A model generated the notes under the pieces. The model saw nothing but the letters and a program-made list of their open reading frames with translations. It was not told where the DNA came from and did not search any database. Positions 1 to 9,365 of a stretch of 64,000 nt of DNA are shown here, piece by piece (positions within the stretch are counted from its first letter, which is position 1; every line of letters starts with the position of its first letter). Source of the DNA: an uncultured Anaerolineales bacterium (GTDB lineage Bacteria; Chloroflexota; Anaerolineae; CG2-30-64-16); contig CAZTMA010000006.1 in NCBI GenBank assembly GCA_964614645.1, positions 6,414-70,413 on the forward strand, written 5' to 3'. The position numbers and the translations under genes were made by a program.

Positions 1-1568
1 TGCACCGACTGGTACCAGAGCTGCTGCATGATCAGGATGTCCTGCTTGCCCGCCACCCGCGCGCCGTTGCGCCAGCCGAGTGGCAGCTCCAGCAACGCGA
101 AATCGCCCGGCGTGTCCGCAACGCGCTGATAGAGCGCGGGCACGCGCAGGTCGGACAGCGGCAGGGGCACGGAAAGGTGCTCAAACAGCAGCAGCGGCAG
201 GAGCAGCCCAGGCACCACCCACCCGGCCGTCGGCGCCCGGGGCGTTCGCCCGCGCCACACCACCGCCGCGCCGAGCGCGACGAGGGGGGCGAGGCTGGCG
301 AGCAGCATCACACTGTAGCGGCTGGGATAGCGGTTACCCTTGAAGAAAGGCAGCTGCTCCATGAGGCGGAAGGGCAGCGGGAGGCCGGTGTCGTGGCCCG
401 CGACGCGCAAGCTCGGGCCGAGGGTCAGCAGGAAAAACAGGACGGCGGAGGTGACCCAGAACCAGGTCGTGCCCTGATGCCGGCCGTGCCAGGCGCCGAG
501 CCCGGCCAGGACCAACGCGGTGTAGCCCAAGTAAATGTGCTGCCCCTTATCGACTGGGAACTGCGCGCCCGTCTGCCCCGCCGCGACGCTCTCCGACCAA
601 CCGCGTACTGCGTCCCCCAGGAGCGGGTGTAGCTGCGTCGGCAGGGCATAGCCGGCCAGGTCTGCGGAGAAGAGATCGGCAAAGCCGCCGCCGGAGGTGA
701 AGAAGTCGCCTTCCGCTGCGAGGTCGGGCAGCATGTTCAGCAGGACCGGCGCGATGCCCGCGGCGAAGAGGACGGCGAGGAGCGCAAAGCGAAGGACGAG
801 ATTGCCGATTGAAGATTGAAGATCGAAGATTACAGATCGCTGGCTGGTCGGCGTTCTTCCTTCTTTCCTCTTCCATCTTCCTTCGATCATCGTCCACAGG
901 AACACCAGAGCCGCGAAGATCACCAGGAACGAGGCGTAGGTCAGCTCGGCGTAGGCCTGGAGGACGATGAACAGCGCGGCCAGCACGGCGTCACGGGGGC
1001 GGCCGCCGGGACGCGCGGAGCGCAGAATGTAGAGAATGGCGAAGGGAATCCATTGCGAGCTGGCGATGTTGCCCTGGCCGAGCGCGGCGTAGAACAGCTT
1101 GGCCGATGCAAACGCATAGAGGGCGCCGGCGAGAAACGCGGCGGCATCCGGAACACGAACGCGCGAAGAAACCGAGTTCGCGAAGCGCGAAGGCCGCGAA
1201 GAGGCGAGCATATCGAGGCACAGCAGATAGGCACCGAAGCCGCTGAGGACGAACGACGACAGCAGCAGCAAGTTGTAAGCGGTAATCACGTTGAGGGCCG
1301 CCTGCAGCGGGACGCTCAACAGGCCATTCAGGATGGTGAGGGTGTAGAAGGCCAGGTTGATGCCGACCGGCCAGAACTGCCACGTGCAGTCAAATGGATT
1401 CTGCGGCTGGTCCACGAACGCGTGCTTGACCCACCACAGATTCCACGCCAGGGAGGGGTCATCGATGCCGTCGCCCGACACGTGGCTGGTGAGATGGGCA
1501 ACGAGCGGAAAGGTCAACAGCAGCGCCAGGGCCAGGTAGGCCAGCAGGACGACGATATGCTTGCGCAA
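1..1568 (-). CDS. Polytopic membrane protein, GT-C/YfhO-like glycosyltransferase-type; 3' end runs off the window
   Basis: Not in the ORF track because it has no stop in the window. Hand translation gives LRKHIVVLLAYLALALLLTFPLVAHLTSHVSGDGIDDPSLAWNLWWVKHA...FWPVGINLAFYTL...GNRYPSRY...LLELPLG, with many TM helices and an acidic DD in the first loop. TTG start at 1568 is tentative; an in-frame TAA lies just upstream. Confidence 0.75.
   Translation of the reverse strand, partial: MRKHIVVLLAYLALALLLTFPLVAHLTSHVSGDGIDDPSLAWNLWWVKHAFVDQPQNPFDCTWQFWPVGINLAFYTLTILNGLLSVPLQAALNVITAYNLLLLSSFVLSGFGAYLLCLDMLASSRPSRFANSVSSRVRVPDAAAFLAGALYAFASAKLFYAALGQGNIASSQWIPFAILYILRSARPGGRPRDAVLAALFIVLQAYAELTYASFLVIFAALVFLWTMIEGRWKRKEGRTPTSQRSVIFDLQSSIGNLVLRFALLAVLFAAGIAPVLLNMLPDLAAEGDFFTSGGGFADLFSADLAGYALPTQLHPLLGDAVRGWSESVAAGQTGAQFPVDKGQHIYLGYTALVLAGLGAWHGRHQGTTWFWVTSAVLFFLLTLGPSLRVAGHDTGLPLPFRLMEQLPFFKGNRYPSRYSVMLLASLAPLVALGAAVVWRGRTPRAPTAGWVVPGLLLPLLLFEHLSVPLPLSDLRVPALYQRVADTPGDFALLELPLGWRNGARVAGKQDILIMQQLWYQSV
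800..890. repeat. Heptamer tandem-repeat patch inside the GT-C gene
   Basis: gattgaa-gattgaa-gatcgaa-gattaca-gatcg followed by a pyrimidine run; encodes a low-complexity in-frame loop on the minus strand. Confidence 0.6.
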
Positions 1569-1670
1569 GAGCGGCCTCGAAAGTGGAGTGGACGATTACC
1601 CTACCAGATTATGCCACTCCAGCAGGTTATGCGCAATGTCGCCGCGCTTTGTGAGCAAAAGGCGCAATGC

Positions 1671-1699
1671 TTGGATTTTTGCCTGCCGTGCATTACAAT
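1671..1699 (+). promoter_or_regulatory. Sigma70-like promoter for folC
   Basis: TTGGAT-17 bp-TACAAT; RBS GAGGAG at 1711. Confidence 0.5.
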
Positions 1700-1722
1700 G
1701 GTCGTTCAGAGAGGAGTGTGAC

Positions 1723-3141
1723 ATGGGCCGCTACCAGGATGCTCTGGAATACATTTTTGGTTACGTCAATTATGAGAAACAGGCGCGCTACCCCTACAAC
1801 GCCGTCACCTTCGACCTGAGCCGCATGGAGCAAGTCCTGGAGGGGCTGGGCCGGCCGCACGAGCGCTTCCGCTCGGTTCACATCGCGGGCACGAAGGGCA
1901 AGGGTTCCACATCTGCGATGGTCGAATCGGTGCTGCGGACCGCAGGCTACCGGACCGGGCTGTACACCTCCCCTCACCTGCACACCTTCCGCGAGCGCAT
2001 CCGCCTCAACGGCGGACTGATGTCGAAGGCCGAGCTGGTCGACCTGCTGGAGCGCTGCAAACCCGTCATCGAGGCGACGCCGGGCATCACGGCGTTTGAG
2101 GTGATGACCGCTCTCGCATTTGAGTTTTTTGCCGAGCAGGGCGTGGAATGGGCCGTGCTGGAAGTGGGCTTGGGGGGCCGCCTGGACGCGACCAACGTTG
2201 TCCACCCGGCCGTTGCGGGCATTACCAGCCTGAGCTATGACCATGTCGAACTGCTGGGCCACACCCTGTCGCTCATCGCGTTCGAGAAGGCCGGCATCAT
2301 CAAGCCGGGCGTGCCAGTAGTGAGCGCGCCGCAGGAGCCGGAAGCCATGGCGGTCATCCAGCGCGTGTGCCATGACACCGGCGCACGGCTGGTCGTGGTC
2401 GGTGATGCGTGGCAGTGGGAGAAGGGCCCCGCAGACCTGACCGGGCAGACCTTCTCCGTGCAGGGACCGGGCGGGGTGCGGCTGGACAACCTCCGCATCG
2501 GCCTGCTGGGCCGTCACCAACGCGACAATGCCACGACTGCAATCGCCATGCTGCACGAACTGCGCGGTCAGGGGCTGAACATCACAGACGATGCGCTGCG
2601 CACCGGACTGGCAACCGCAAAGTGGCCGGGTCGCTTCGAGTTGCTCAACGCGCAGCCGGCGCTGGTTGTGGACAGCGCACACAACGACAATTCCGCGCAG
2701 AAGCTGCGTGCGGCGCTGGCCACGTATTTCCCGCAGCCTCCGCGCAAACAACTGGCCCTGGTTTTCGGGGCATCCTCCGACAAGGATATCGTCGGGATGC
2801 TGAAGACCTTCCTCGATGCGAGGGAGGAAACGGGCTACCCCCCGGCGGATAAGGTGATCGTCACCCGCAGCGGCCATCCCCGCTCGGCAGGTCCGGCGCA
2901 ACTGGCGGACCTGGTGCGCGAGGTGAGTGGAAGCTGCCCCATCAGCGTGCAGCCGAACCTGGAGAGTGCGCTGGCAGAGGCCCTGGCCTGGGCTGGGCCG
3001 GATGACCTCATCTGTGTCACCGGCTCCATCTTCGTGGTCGCGCAGGCGCGCCGTGCGTGGGCGCAGCGCCACCCCGAAGTCTTTGCACCCGACGACTGGG
3101 TATTTCAGGATGAGACGGCCGGCGAACCCGTGCCGGATTGA
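1723..3141 (+). CDS. folC: Folylpolyglutamate synthase/dihydrofolate synthase
   Basis: HIAGTKGKGST P-loop, YTSPHL..FRERI, EVGLGGRLDATN, WPGRFE, DSAHN; ATG after GAGGAG. Confidence 0.95.
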   Translation: MGRYQDALEYIFGYVNYEKQARYPYNAVTFDLSRMEQVLEGLGRPHERFRSVHIAGTKGKGSTSAMVESVLRTAGYRTGLYTSPHLHTFRERIRLNGGLMSKAELVDLLERCKPVIEATPGITAFEVMTALAFEFFAEQGVEWAVLEVGLGGRLDATNVVHPAVAGITSLSYDHVELLGHTLSLIAFEKAGIIKPGVPVVSAPQEPEAMAVIQRVCHDTGARLVVVGDAWQWEKGPADLTGQTFSVQGPGGVRLDNLRIGLLGRHQRDNATTAIAMLHELRGQGLNITDDALRTGLATAKWPGRFELLNAQPALVVDSAHNDNSAQKLRAALATYFPQPPRKQLALVFGASSDKDIVGMLKTFLDAREETGYPPADKVIVTRSGHPRSAGPAQLADLVREVSGSCPISVQPNLESALAEALAWAGPDDLICVTGSIFVVAQARRAWAQRHPEVFAPDDWVFQDETAGEPVPD

Positions 3142-3147
3142 TAGTGC

Positions 3148-3197
3148 GTTTGTAGTAGGCACTTTAGTGCCAGGGCGCCCCTGAGCCCACTACAAAC
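3148..3197. repeat. Degenerate GTAG-type REP-like palindrome
   Basis: gtttgtagtaggc...cccactacaaac, same family as copies at 39441, 45434 and 46230. Confidence 0.65.
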
Positions 3198-3227
3198 TTA
3201 TCTGGAATCGTGGACTTGGAGCAGTAA

Positions 3228-5795
3228 GTGGATGAACTTGAGCGCGAGCGGACACGGATTGGACCGGAGTGGCCGCTCCTGAATATGCTGGCTCGCCGCC
3301 GGGCGGGACGCACCCGCGAGGGACGGCGCGCCTCGGCAGGACATGACCTGGAATCACTGGAAGGCAACGAGTACCCGGTCTTGCCCCTGCCCGATATGGT
3401 GGTCTTCCCCAACCTGGTCACGCCCCTGTTCCTGGGCCGTGACCGGTCGGCGCGCGCGGTGGAGGCGGCGGAGGCGATGGAGGTTCCGCTGCTCGTCGTC
3501 GCGCAGCGCGACCCGGAGGTCATCGACCCCGACCTGTCGGACCTCTATACGATCGGGACCGTCGTCGAGGTCGGCCGCGTCCTGCGCATGCCCGACGGCA
3601 GCACCACGGTGCTCGTGCAGGGCATCGAACGCGCCCGGATTCTCGAACTGGTAGACACCGAGCCGTACCTGCGCGTGCGCGGGGTGCCGCTCTACGAGGA
3701 CGAGCGCCACGACATGGCGAGCGAGGCGCTGATGCGCGCGGTGCTCGCGCTCTTCGAGAAGGTCGTGGACCTCAACCCAAACCTGCCCGAGGACGCCTAC
3801 GTCGCGGCCATGAACGAGAAGGAGCCGGGCAGCCTGGCCGACCTGCTGGCCCACGTGCTCGACCTGGAGACGTCGCAGCGGCAGGAGCTGCTGGAGACGC
3901 TGGACGCCAACGTACGGCTGCAGCAGTTGAGCATCATCCTGGGCCAGGAACTCGACGTGCTGGAACTGGAGGATCGCATCCAGACGCAGGTGCAGCAGGA
4001 GGTCGATAAGACCCAGCGCGAGTATTACCTGCGCGAACAGATGCGCGCCATCCAGACCGAGCTGGGCGAAGAAGATGAGAATCAACGCGAGCTGGGCGAC
4101 CTGAGACAGAAGCTCGTCCAGGCGGGCCTGCCCGAGGCAGTGCGGCTTAAGGCGGAGAAGGAGATGAGCCGGCTGGCGCAGATGCCGCCGATGTCGCCCG
4201 AAACCACCGTTATCCGCAACTACCTGGACTGGCTGGTCGACCTGCCCTGGACGACTGCCACCGAGGACAATCTGGACATCAAGCGCGCGGCCGTCATCCT
4301 GGAGGAGAACCATTATGGCCTGCCGAAGGTCAAAGAGCGCATCCTCGAGCACATCGCGGTGCGCAAGCTGGCCCAGGAGAAGATGAAGAGCCCCATCCTC
4401 TGCTTCGTAGGCCCGCCGGGCACCGGCAAGACGAGCCTGGGCAGGTCCATCGCGGAGGCGCTGGGGCGCAAGTTCGTCCGGCTCAGCCTCGGCGGGGTGC
4501 GCGACGAAGCGGAAATCCGCGGCCACCGGCGGACGTACATCGGCTCGCTGCCGGGACGCATCCTTCAGACGATGCACACGGCCGGGTCCGTCAATCCGCT
4601 CTTCATGCTGGATGAGATCGACAAGCTCGGCATGGACTTCCGCGGGGACCCTTCTTCCGCGCTGCTGGAAGTGCTGGACCCCGAACAGAACCACGCGTTC
4701 AGCGATCACTACCTGGAGGTCCCGTATGACCTGAGCCGGGTGATGTTCATCACCACGGCCAATATCCTGGACCCCATCCCGCCCGCGCTGCGGGACCGGC
4801 TGGAGGTCATCGAGTTCCCAGGATACATCGAAGAGGAAAAGCTGGCGATTGCGCGGCAGTTCCTCATCCCGCGGCAGCTCGAAGCGCACGGCCTGACGGC
4901 CCGGCAGCTCCAGTTCAGCGTCGAGGCGCTGCGCACCATCATCCGCGAGTACACCTACGAGGCCGGCGTGCGCAACCTGGAGCGCAGCATCGCCAATATC
5001 TGCCGCAAGGTCGCGCGTCGCGTGGCAGAGGGCAAGCGATCGATCCACCGCATCACGCCCCGCCAGGTCAACAGCCTCCTGGGGCCGCCCCAGTACAGCG
5101 AGTGGCTGGCGAACGAGCAGGACGAGATCGGCGTGGCGAACGGCCTGGCCTGGAGCGAGGCAGGCGGCGATGTGATGCAGGTCGAGGTCTCCGCCATGGA
5201 AGGCAAGGGTGCGCTCACCCTGACTGGACAGATCGGCGAGGTCATGCAGGAGTCGGCGCAGGCCGCGCTGACCTATGCGCGCTCGCACGCGGACGAATTC
5301 GGCCTGCAGGACCTGGACTTCGACAAGCTCGACCTGCACATCCACGTGCCCGAAGGGGCCATCCCGAAAGATGGGCCCAGCGCGGGTGTCACAATGGCGA
5401 CCGCGCTCATCTCCGCGCTCAGCGCACGGCCCATCCGCCACGACCTGGCGATGACCGGCGAAATCACCCTACGGGGCCGCGTGCTGCCCATCGGCGGGCT
5501 GAAGGAAAAGCTGATGGCTGCGCACCGGATGCACATCAAGACCGTCCTCTTGCCCAAGCGGAACGAGAAGGACCTGGTGGATGTACCGCGTGACGTACAG
5601 CGCGATCTGGACCTCGTTCTGGTCGAGCGCATGGAAGAGATCATCAAGGCTGCACTGCTCGAAGCGCAGCCGGCCCGCAGCCGCGCCAAGCCGCGAACCC
5701 GCCGTCCGCGTAAGAAGGCCGGAGAAACACCGGCGACGCCTGCTGTCGGCGAGGAGGCCATCCGCGACGGGGCGGTGGCCGCGGCCGGCGAATAG
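3228..5795 (+). CDS. lon: ATP-dependent Lon protease
   Basis: LON N-domain (PVLPL..MVVFP), GPPGTGKTS, LDEIDK, PKDGPSAG catalytic Ser, IGGLKEK; start uncertain. Confidence 0.97.
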   Translation: MDELERERTRIGPEWPLLNMLARRRAGRTREGRRASAGHDLESLEGNEYPVLPLPDMVVFPNLVTPLFLGRDRSARAVEAAEAMEVPLLVVAQRDPEVIDPDLSDLYTIGTVVEVGRVLRMPDGSTTVLVQGIERARILELVDTEPYLRVRGVPLYEDERHDMASEALMRAVLALFEKVVDLNPNLPEDAYVAAMNEKEPGSLADLLAHVLDLETSQRQELLETLDANVRLQQLSIILGQELDVLELEDRIQTQVQQEVDKTQREYYLREQMRAIQTELGEEDENQRELGDLRQKLVQAGLPEAVRLKAEKEMSRLAQMPPMSPETTVIRNYLDWLVDLPWTTATEDNLDIKRAAVILEENHYGLPKVKERILEHIAVRKLAQEKMKSPILCFVGPPGTGKTSLGRSIAEALGRKFVRLSLGGVRDEAEIRGHRRTYIGSLPGRILQTMHTAGSVNPLFMLDEIDKLGMDFRGDPSSALLEVLDPEQNHAFSDHYLEVPYDLSRVMFITTANILDPIPPALRDRLEVIEFPGYIEEEKLAIARQFLIPRQLEAHGLTARQLQFSVEALRTIIREYTYEAGVRNLERSIANICRKVARRVAEGKRSIHRITPRQVNSLLGPPQYSEWLANEQDEIGVANGLAWSEAGGDVMQVEVSAMEGKGALTLTGQIGEVMQESAQAALTYARSHADEFGLQDLDFDKLDLHIHVPEGAIPKDGPSAGVTMATALISALSARPIRHDLAMTGEITLRGRVLPIGGLKEKLMAAHRMHIKTVLLPKRNEKDLVDVPRDVQRDLDLVLVERMEEIIKAALLEAQPARSRAKPRTRRPRKKAGETPATPAVGEEAIRDGAVAAAGE

Positions 5796-5824
5796 CGCCT
5801 GGCCTGCGAGAAGGAGCAATCAGG

Positions 5825-7078
5825 ATGTTCCGTGGCCGAGGCTTTCTGTTCATCGTCATACTGATCGTGCTGGCCGCGGCTATCTTCCTCCTGCTGCGGG
5901 GCGAGGGGCCGGCTTTCCTCAGACGAGGGCCGGCCGCCGATATCCCGATGGACCTGCAGAACGTCATTCCCCGCGACTGGGTCGTAATGCCCGGCTGGCC
6001 GCGCGAGTGCAGTTTTGACAGCGATGAAGATTCCGAATGGCTCGTCGTATACCAGTATGATCAGACGAAAGTGTCTCAGCCCTACACGAAAGACCTCACT
6101 GTACCGCGCGGCCCCATCGGCGCAGCCATCTTCGACACGCAAAAGAACGTGGTACCGGAAGAGGGGGGCAACCCCAGCCCGTACGCGCCGACCTTCGTGA
6201 TTCCCTATCGCCTTCTGCCAGACTTCTACACGGGCAAGGGACAAGGTTACCTGGGTGAGACGCGCGTCGAGGTTGTCTACTACCCCGCCGTCCCGCGCGA
6301 CGAGAAGTGCGAAGTGGACGAAATCACGGTGCTGGGCTACGCGGACAGCCCTCTGCCCACGCGGCTGTCGATCTTCCGCTGGCAGGATGAGACCACGGGA
6401 TATGCGGCTTCACACTTTGCGGGCGATGCGCGTGTGGCCGCCTCGATTCCCCTGAACGGCGAGGGTACCGTGCAGGAGGTTACGACCTACAACCGGTTGG
6501 AGAACCATCGCAGCCTCCTGTGTTCCATGCGTACCTACAATCGCACCGGTTCACAAACAGTCGCCTTCACCGAGGACCCAAATGTCTTCTCCGTGGACTT
6601 CTGCTTCGAGGCGCCGCCCGACCCGGCTTATCCCGAGGGTGTCGTAGTTGCCTATGTGCGCGGCCATGACCAGCGAGCCCGGGGGGTCGAGCCGTTGTTC
6701 GCTCCGTCACCCAAGACTAAGCAGTTCCTCCTGCAGGCCGCAATCGTCCCCGGCGATATCGTCCCTTCGAAGCAGACCCGCATCATTGCCCTGACCAACC
6801 CAGCAAGCGTTAACCGTGACCCTGCAGGCGGCCATGCCTGCACGACGCTGGAAGTCGAAGGCGGCGTGGGGCCTGAGGCAACGCCCGGCCCGACCCCCAC
6901 CTTCGAGCCGGACAAGGGTTGGATTTGCGGTCGCGAGACCGCCACGGTCGAGACGGAGCTGGTCATCAGCGGCCAGGTGCGCCGCGTGGCGTGGCAGCTC
7001 ACCAGCCTCATGCCCGAACAGGTCAACGGCGATGTCTACTGGCGCATTCAGGCCGCACAGGTGCTGGACGGGCCATGA
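5825..7078 (+). CDS. Hypothetical membrane-anchored extracytoplasmic protein
   Basis: RBS AAGGAG; N-terminal hydrophobic helix; coding-like GC bias; several Cys; no family recognised. Confidence 0.8.
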   Translation: MFRGRGFLFIVILIVLAAAIFLLLRGEGPAFLRRGPAADIPMDLQNVIPRDWVVMPGWPRECSFDSDEDSEWLVVYQYDQTKVSQPYTKDLTVPRGPIGAAIFDTQKNVVPEEGGNPSPYAPTFVIPYRLLPDFYTGKGQGYLGETRVEVVYYPAVPRDEKCEVDEITVLGYADSPLPTRLSIFRWQDETTGYAASHFAGDARVAASIPLNGEGTVQEVTTYNRLENHRSLLCSMRTYNRTGSQTVAFTEDPNVFSVDFCFEAPPDPAYPEGVVVAYVRGHDQRARGVEPLFAPSPKTKQFLLQAAIVPGDIVPSKQTRIIALTNPASVNRDPAGGHACTTLEVEGGVGPEATPGPTPTFEPDKGWICGRETATVETELVISGQVRRVAWQLTSLMPEQVNGDVYWRIQAAQVLDGP

Positions 7079-8481
7079 CCCATCGCCTCCCCGCGCCGCC
7101 AGGCTGGACAGACGCCGATATTGCAGTCCTGCTGTCAGACGGCCCCGATGAGCGCATCGCGTTCCTGCCTGCGAGCGCGAACGCGGCCCGGCTGGCCGAG
7201 ACCCTCGTCGCGCTGGCAAACGCGCACGGGGGGCTCGTGCTGTTCGGCATCGCACCGAGTGGCCGGCCGCAGGGCATCGCCGACCCCGACGAGGTGCTGG
7301 ACACCGTCCAGGCGGCAGAGCTGCTCGCGACGCCCCCGCTGATCATTCCGGTACCCCAGGTGGTCGAATATGGTGACCGGCGCCTTTGCCTGATCGAGGT
7401 TCCACCGGGCCTGCCGCACGCGTACAGCCTGAACGGTCGCTATCTGACCCGCACCGGCACGGCCAACCGTCTGTTGAGCAGCACGGAACTGGCCGGCCTG
7501 CTGCTGGCGCGCGCAGAGGCGGGCTTCGAGGCGCGGCCGGCCCCCGAGGCCACGCTCGCTGACCTGGACATGGCCCAGGTCGAGGCGTACCTGAGCCGGC
7601 TGCCGGGACAGGGCGGTGAGACGTGGCAGCGCGCGCTGCAGGTGCGCGGCGCGCTGGCCCATGCAGGCAACGGGTTTGTGCCGACCTATGCCGGCGTGCT
7701 GCTGTTTGGCCGCGAGCCCCAGCGGTTCCTGCGCAGCGCGCATACTACCCTCGTGCGCTACTCCGGACCGGCGATGGGCGATCAGTTCCTGCGCCAGGAT
7801 GCGACAGGCACGCTGCCCGACCAAATCCGGCAAGCCGAGGCGTTTGTGTCCGCTAACATGCGGCGGGGGATGCGGCTGGCAAGCCTGACACGCGAGGAAG
7901 TAACCGAGTACCCGGTGCAGGTCGTGCGCGAAGCCATCGTCAACGCCGTTGCGCACCGCGACTATGCCATCCGAGGGGACGGCATTCGCGTCCTGATGTT
8001 CAGCGACCACATGGAGATATACAGCCCCGGCCGCCTGCCCGGCCACGTGACGCTCGCCAACATGCTCAACGAGCGCTTCTCACGTAACGAGGCCATCGTC
8101 CAAGTCTTGGCCGACCTCGGATTCGTGGAGCGGCTCGGCTACGGCATCGACCGGATGGTCTCGGCCATGATCGACGCAGGGCTGCCCAACCCGGAATTCG
8201 AGGAGACCGTGGCCGGGTTCCAGGTGGTGCTGCGCGGCCGCGGGGAGGAGCTGGTCAGCCCGGAACAGGCGCCGCGCTGGGGCAATCGCCGCCTCACGCC
8301 CCGCCAGGAGCGTGCGCTGGCCTACGTCAGCGAGCACGGCAGCATCACCAACCGCGAGTTCCGTGAGCTCTTCCCTGATCTCAGCGACGAGACCATCCGC
8401 CGCGAGCTGGCCGATATGGTAGACAGCGGCCTGATCGTCAAGATCGGCGACCGCAAGGCCACTTACTACATCCTCAAGTAA
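7075..8481 (+). CDS. AlbA_2 (Schlafen-like) + HATPase_c_4 + winged HTH protein (RecG-C-like)
   Basis: LVALANAHGGLVLFGI, EYP..VVREAIVNAVAHRDY, IYSPGRLPG, SRNEAI, ERLGYGIDRM, C-terminal ITNREFRELF..SDETIRREL; ATGA overlap with upstream gene. Confidence 0.88.
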   Translation: MTHRLPAPPGWTDADIAVLLSDGPDERIAFLPASANAARLAETLVALANAHGGLVLFGIAPSGRPQGIADPDEVLDTVQAAELLATPPLIIPVPQVVEYGDRRLCLIEVPPGLPHAYSLNGRYLTRTGTANRLLSSTELAGLLLARAEAGFEARPAPEATLADLDMAQVEAYLSRLPGQGGETWQRALQVRGALAHAGNGFVPTYAGVLLFGREPQRFLRSAHTTLVRYSGPAMGDQFLRQDATGTLPDQIRQAEAFVSANMRRGMRLASLTREEVTEYPVQVVREAIVNAVAHRDYAIRGDGIRVLMFSDHMEIYSPGRLPGHVTLANMLNERFSRNEAIVQVLADLGFVERLGYGIDRMVSAMIDAGLPNPEFEETVAGFQVVLRGRGEELVSPEQAPRWGNRRLTPRQERALAYVSEHGSITNREFRELFPDLSDETIRRELADMVDSGLIVKIGDRKATYYILK

Positions 8482-8491
8482 TCCCACCAAG

Positions 8492-8520
8492 TTGACACGC
8501 CTGCCCGTTCTTGGGATACT
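8492..8520 (+). promoter_or_regulatory. Sigma70-like promoter
   Basis: TTGACA-17 bp-GATACT, 10 nt before ATG 8531. Confidence 0.55.
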
Positions 8521-8530
8521 GCCGGGTGCT

Positions 8531-9352
8531 ATGACTCTTCAACTTACGCCATCTGCCCCGCGCTACCGGCGCGTCGCGGGGCTGCTGCTCGGCGCGCTGC
8601 TGGGCGCGGTGTTCGGCTTCGTCTCGCAGTACATCAACCGGCTGGTGCTGCCCGGCGTGCCGCTATATCAGCCCCCCTGGGGCCCGCTGGGCAACAGCCT
8701 GGTGGCCGCGCTCATCGGCGCAGGACTGGGGCTGATTGCCGCATGGCCGGCCAGCAGCGTCCACGGCACCGCCATCGCCAGCGCAGTCAGCGCGGTTGTC
8801 ATCGTGGTCGGCAGCCTGCTGCAGGCGCGGCCCACAGGCGAGGCCGCTACGGCCGCGATGGCGCTGACCGGCGTCATGCTCGTGCTGCCCTTCTGGGGCT
8901 TGCTCGTGCCGCTGCTGGCGGGGCTACGCTGGGGCGCCAGCCAGCAGGAGGAAGACCACCGGGATCGGCGCACCATCGCCGTCCGCCTGCGCAGCGTGGC
9001 CCTACTCGTCCTGCTCGTTGGACTGGCCGCGGCCCTGGCGCTCTATCCGATGGAGCGGCGCGTCATGCTTAACGCAACGCACGACCTGCTCCAGGCGGCG
9101 CGGCAGGCGGGGCTGCCGGATTCCCTGCGCACCCCCGCGGCCGGGCCGGTGTCGGAGCACTTGGCGCAGCCCTATACCCTGGCCTGGGCGCGGGATGGGA
9201 TCGAGCGTTACCGCATCCCGCGGCCCGGCCGGAACTTCGATCTCCACGCAGTCGTGGTCGCCCGTTTCGCGGACGGCTGGAACCTGGTCTGCCTGTACGT
9301 CGTGGCGGATGAGCCGCCCATCTGCCACGGGTTCGACCGGCTGCCTGAATGA
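8531..9352 (+). CDS. Hypothetical membrane protein (paralog A)
   Basis: About five TM helices; clearly homologous to the next ORF. Confidence 0.8.
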   Translation: MTLQLTPSAPRYRRVAGLLLGALLGAVFGFVSQYINRLVLPGVPLYQPPWGPLGNSLVAALIGAGLGLIAAWPASSVHGTAIASAVSAVVIVVGSLLQARPTGEAATAAMALTGVMLVLPFWGLLVPLLAGLRWGASQQEEDHRDRRTIAVRLRSVALLVLLVGLAAALALYPMERRVMLNATHDLLQAARQAGLPDSLRTPAAGPVSEHLAQPYTLAWARDGIERYRIPRPGRNFDLHAVVVARFADGWNLVCLYVVADEPPICHGFDRLPE

Positions 9353-9365
9353 GGGGAGGTGTCAT

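Noticed and set aside
80-1721. Plus-strand ORFs listed in the track (177-632, 816-1721 and others)
   Set aside because: The real gene is the minus-strand membrane protein that runs off the left edge.
3354-5441. 695-aa ORF antisense to lon (likewise 1693-3162, 10820-12214, 18383-19714, 29632-31620, 62114-63388)
   Set aside because: Each fully overlaps a well-supported gene on the opposite strand and lacks recognisable domains.
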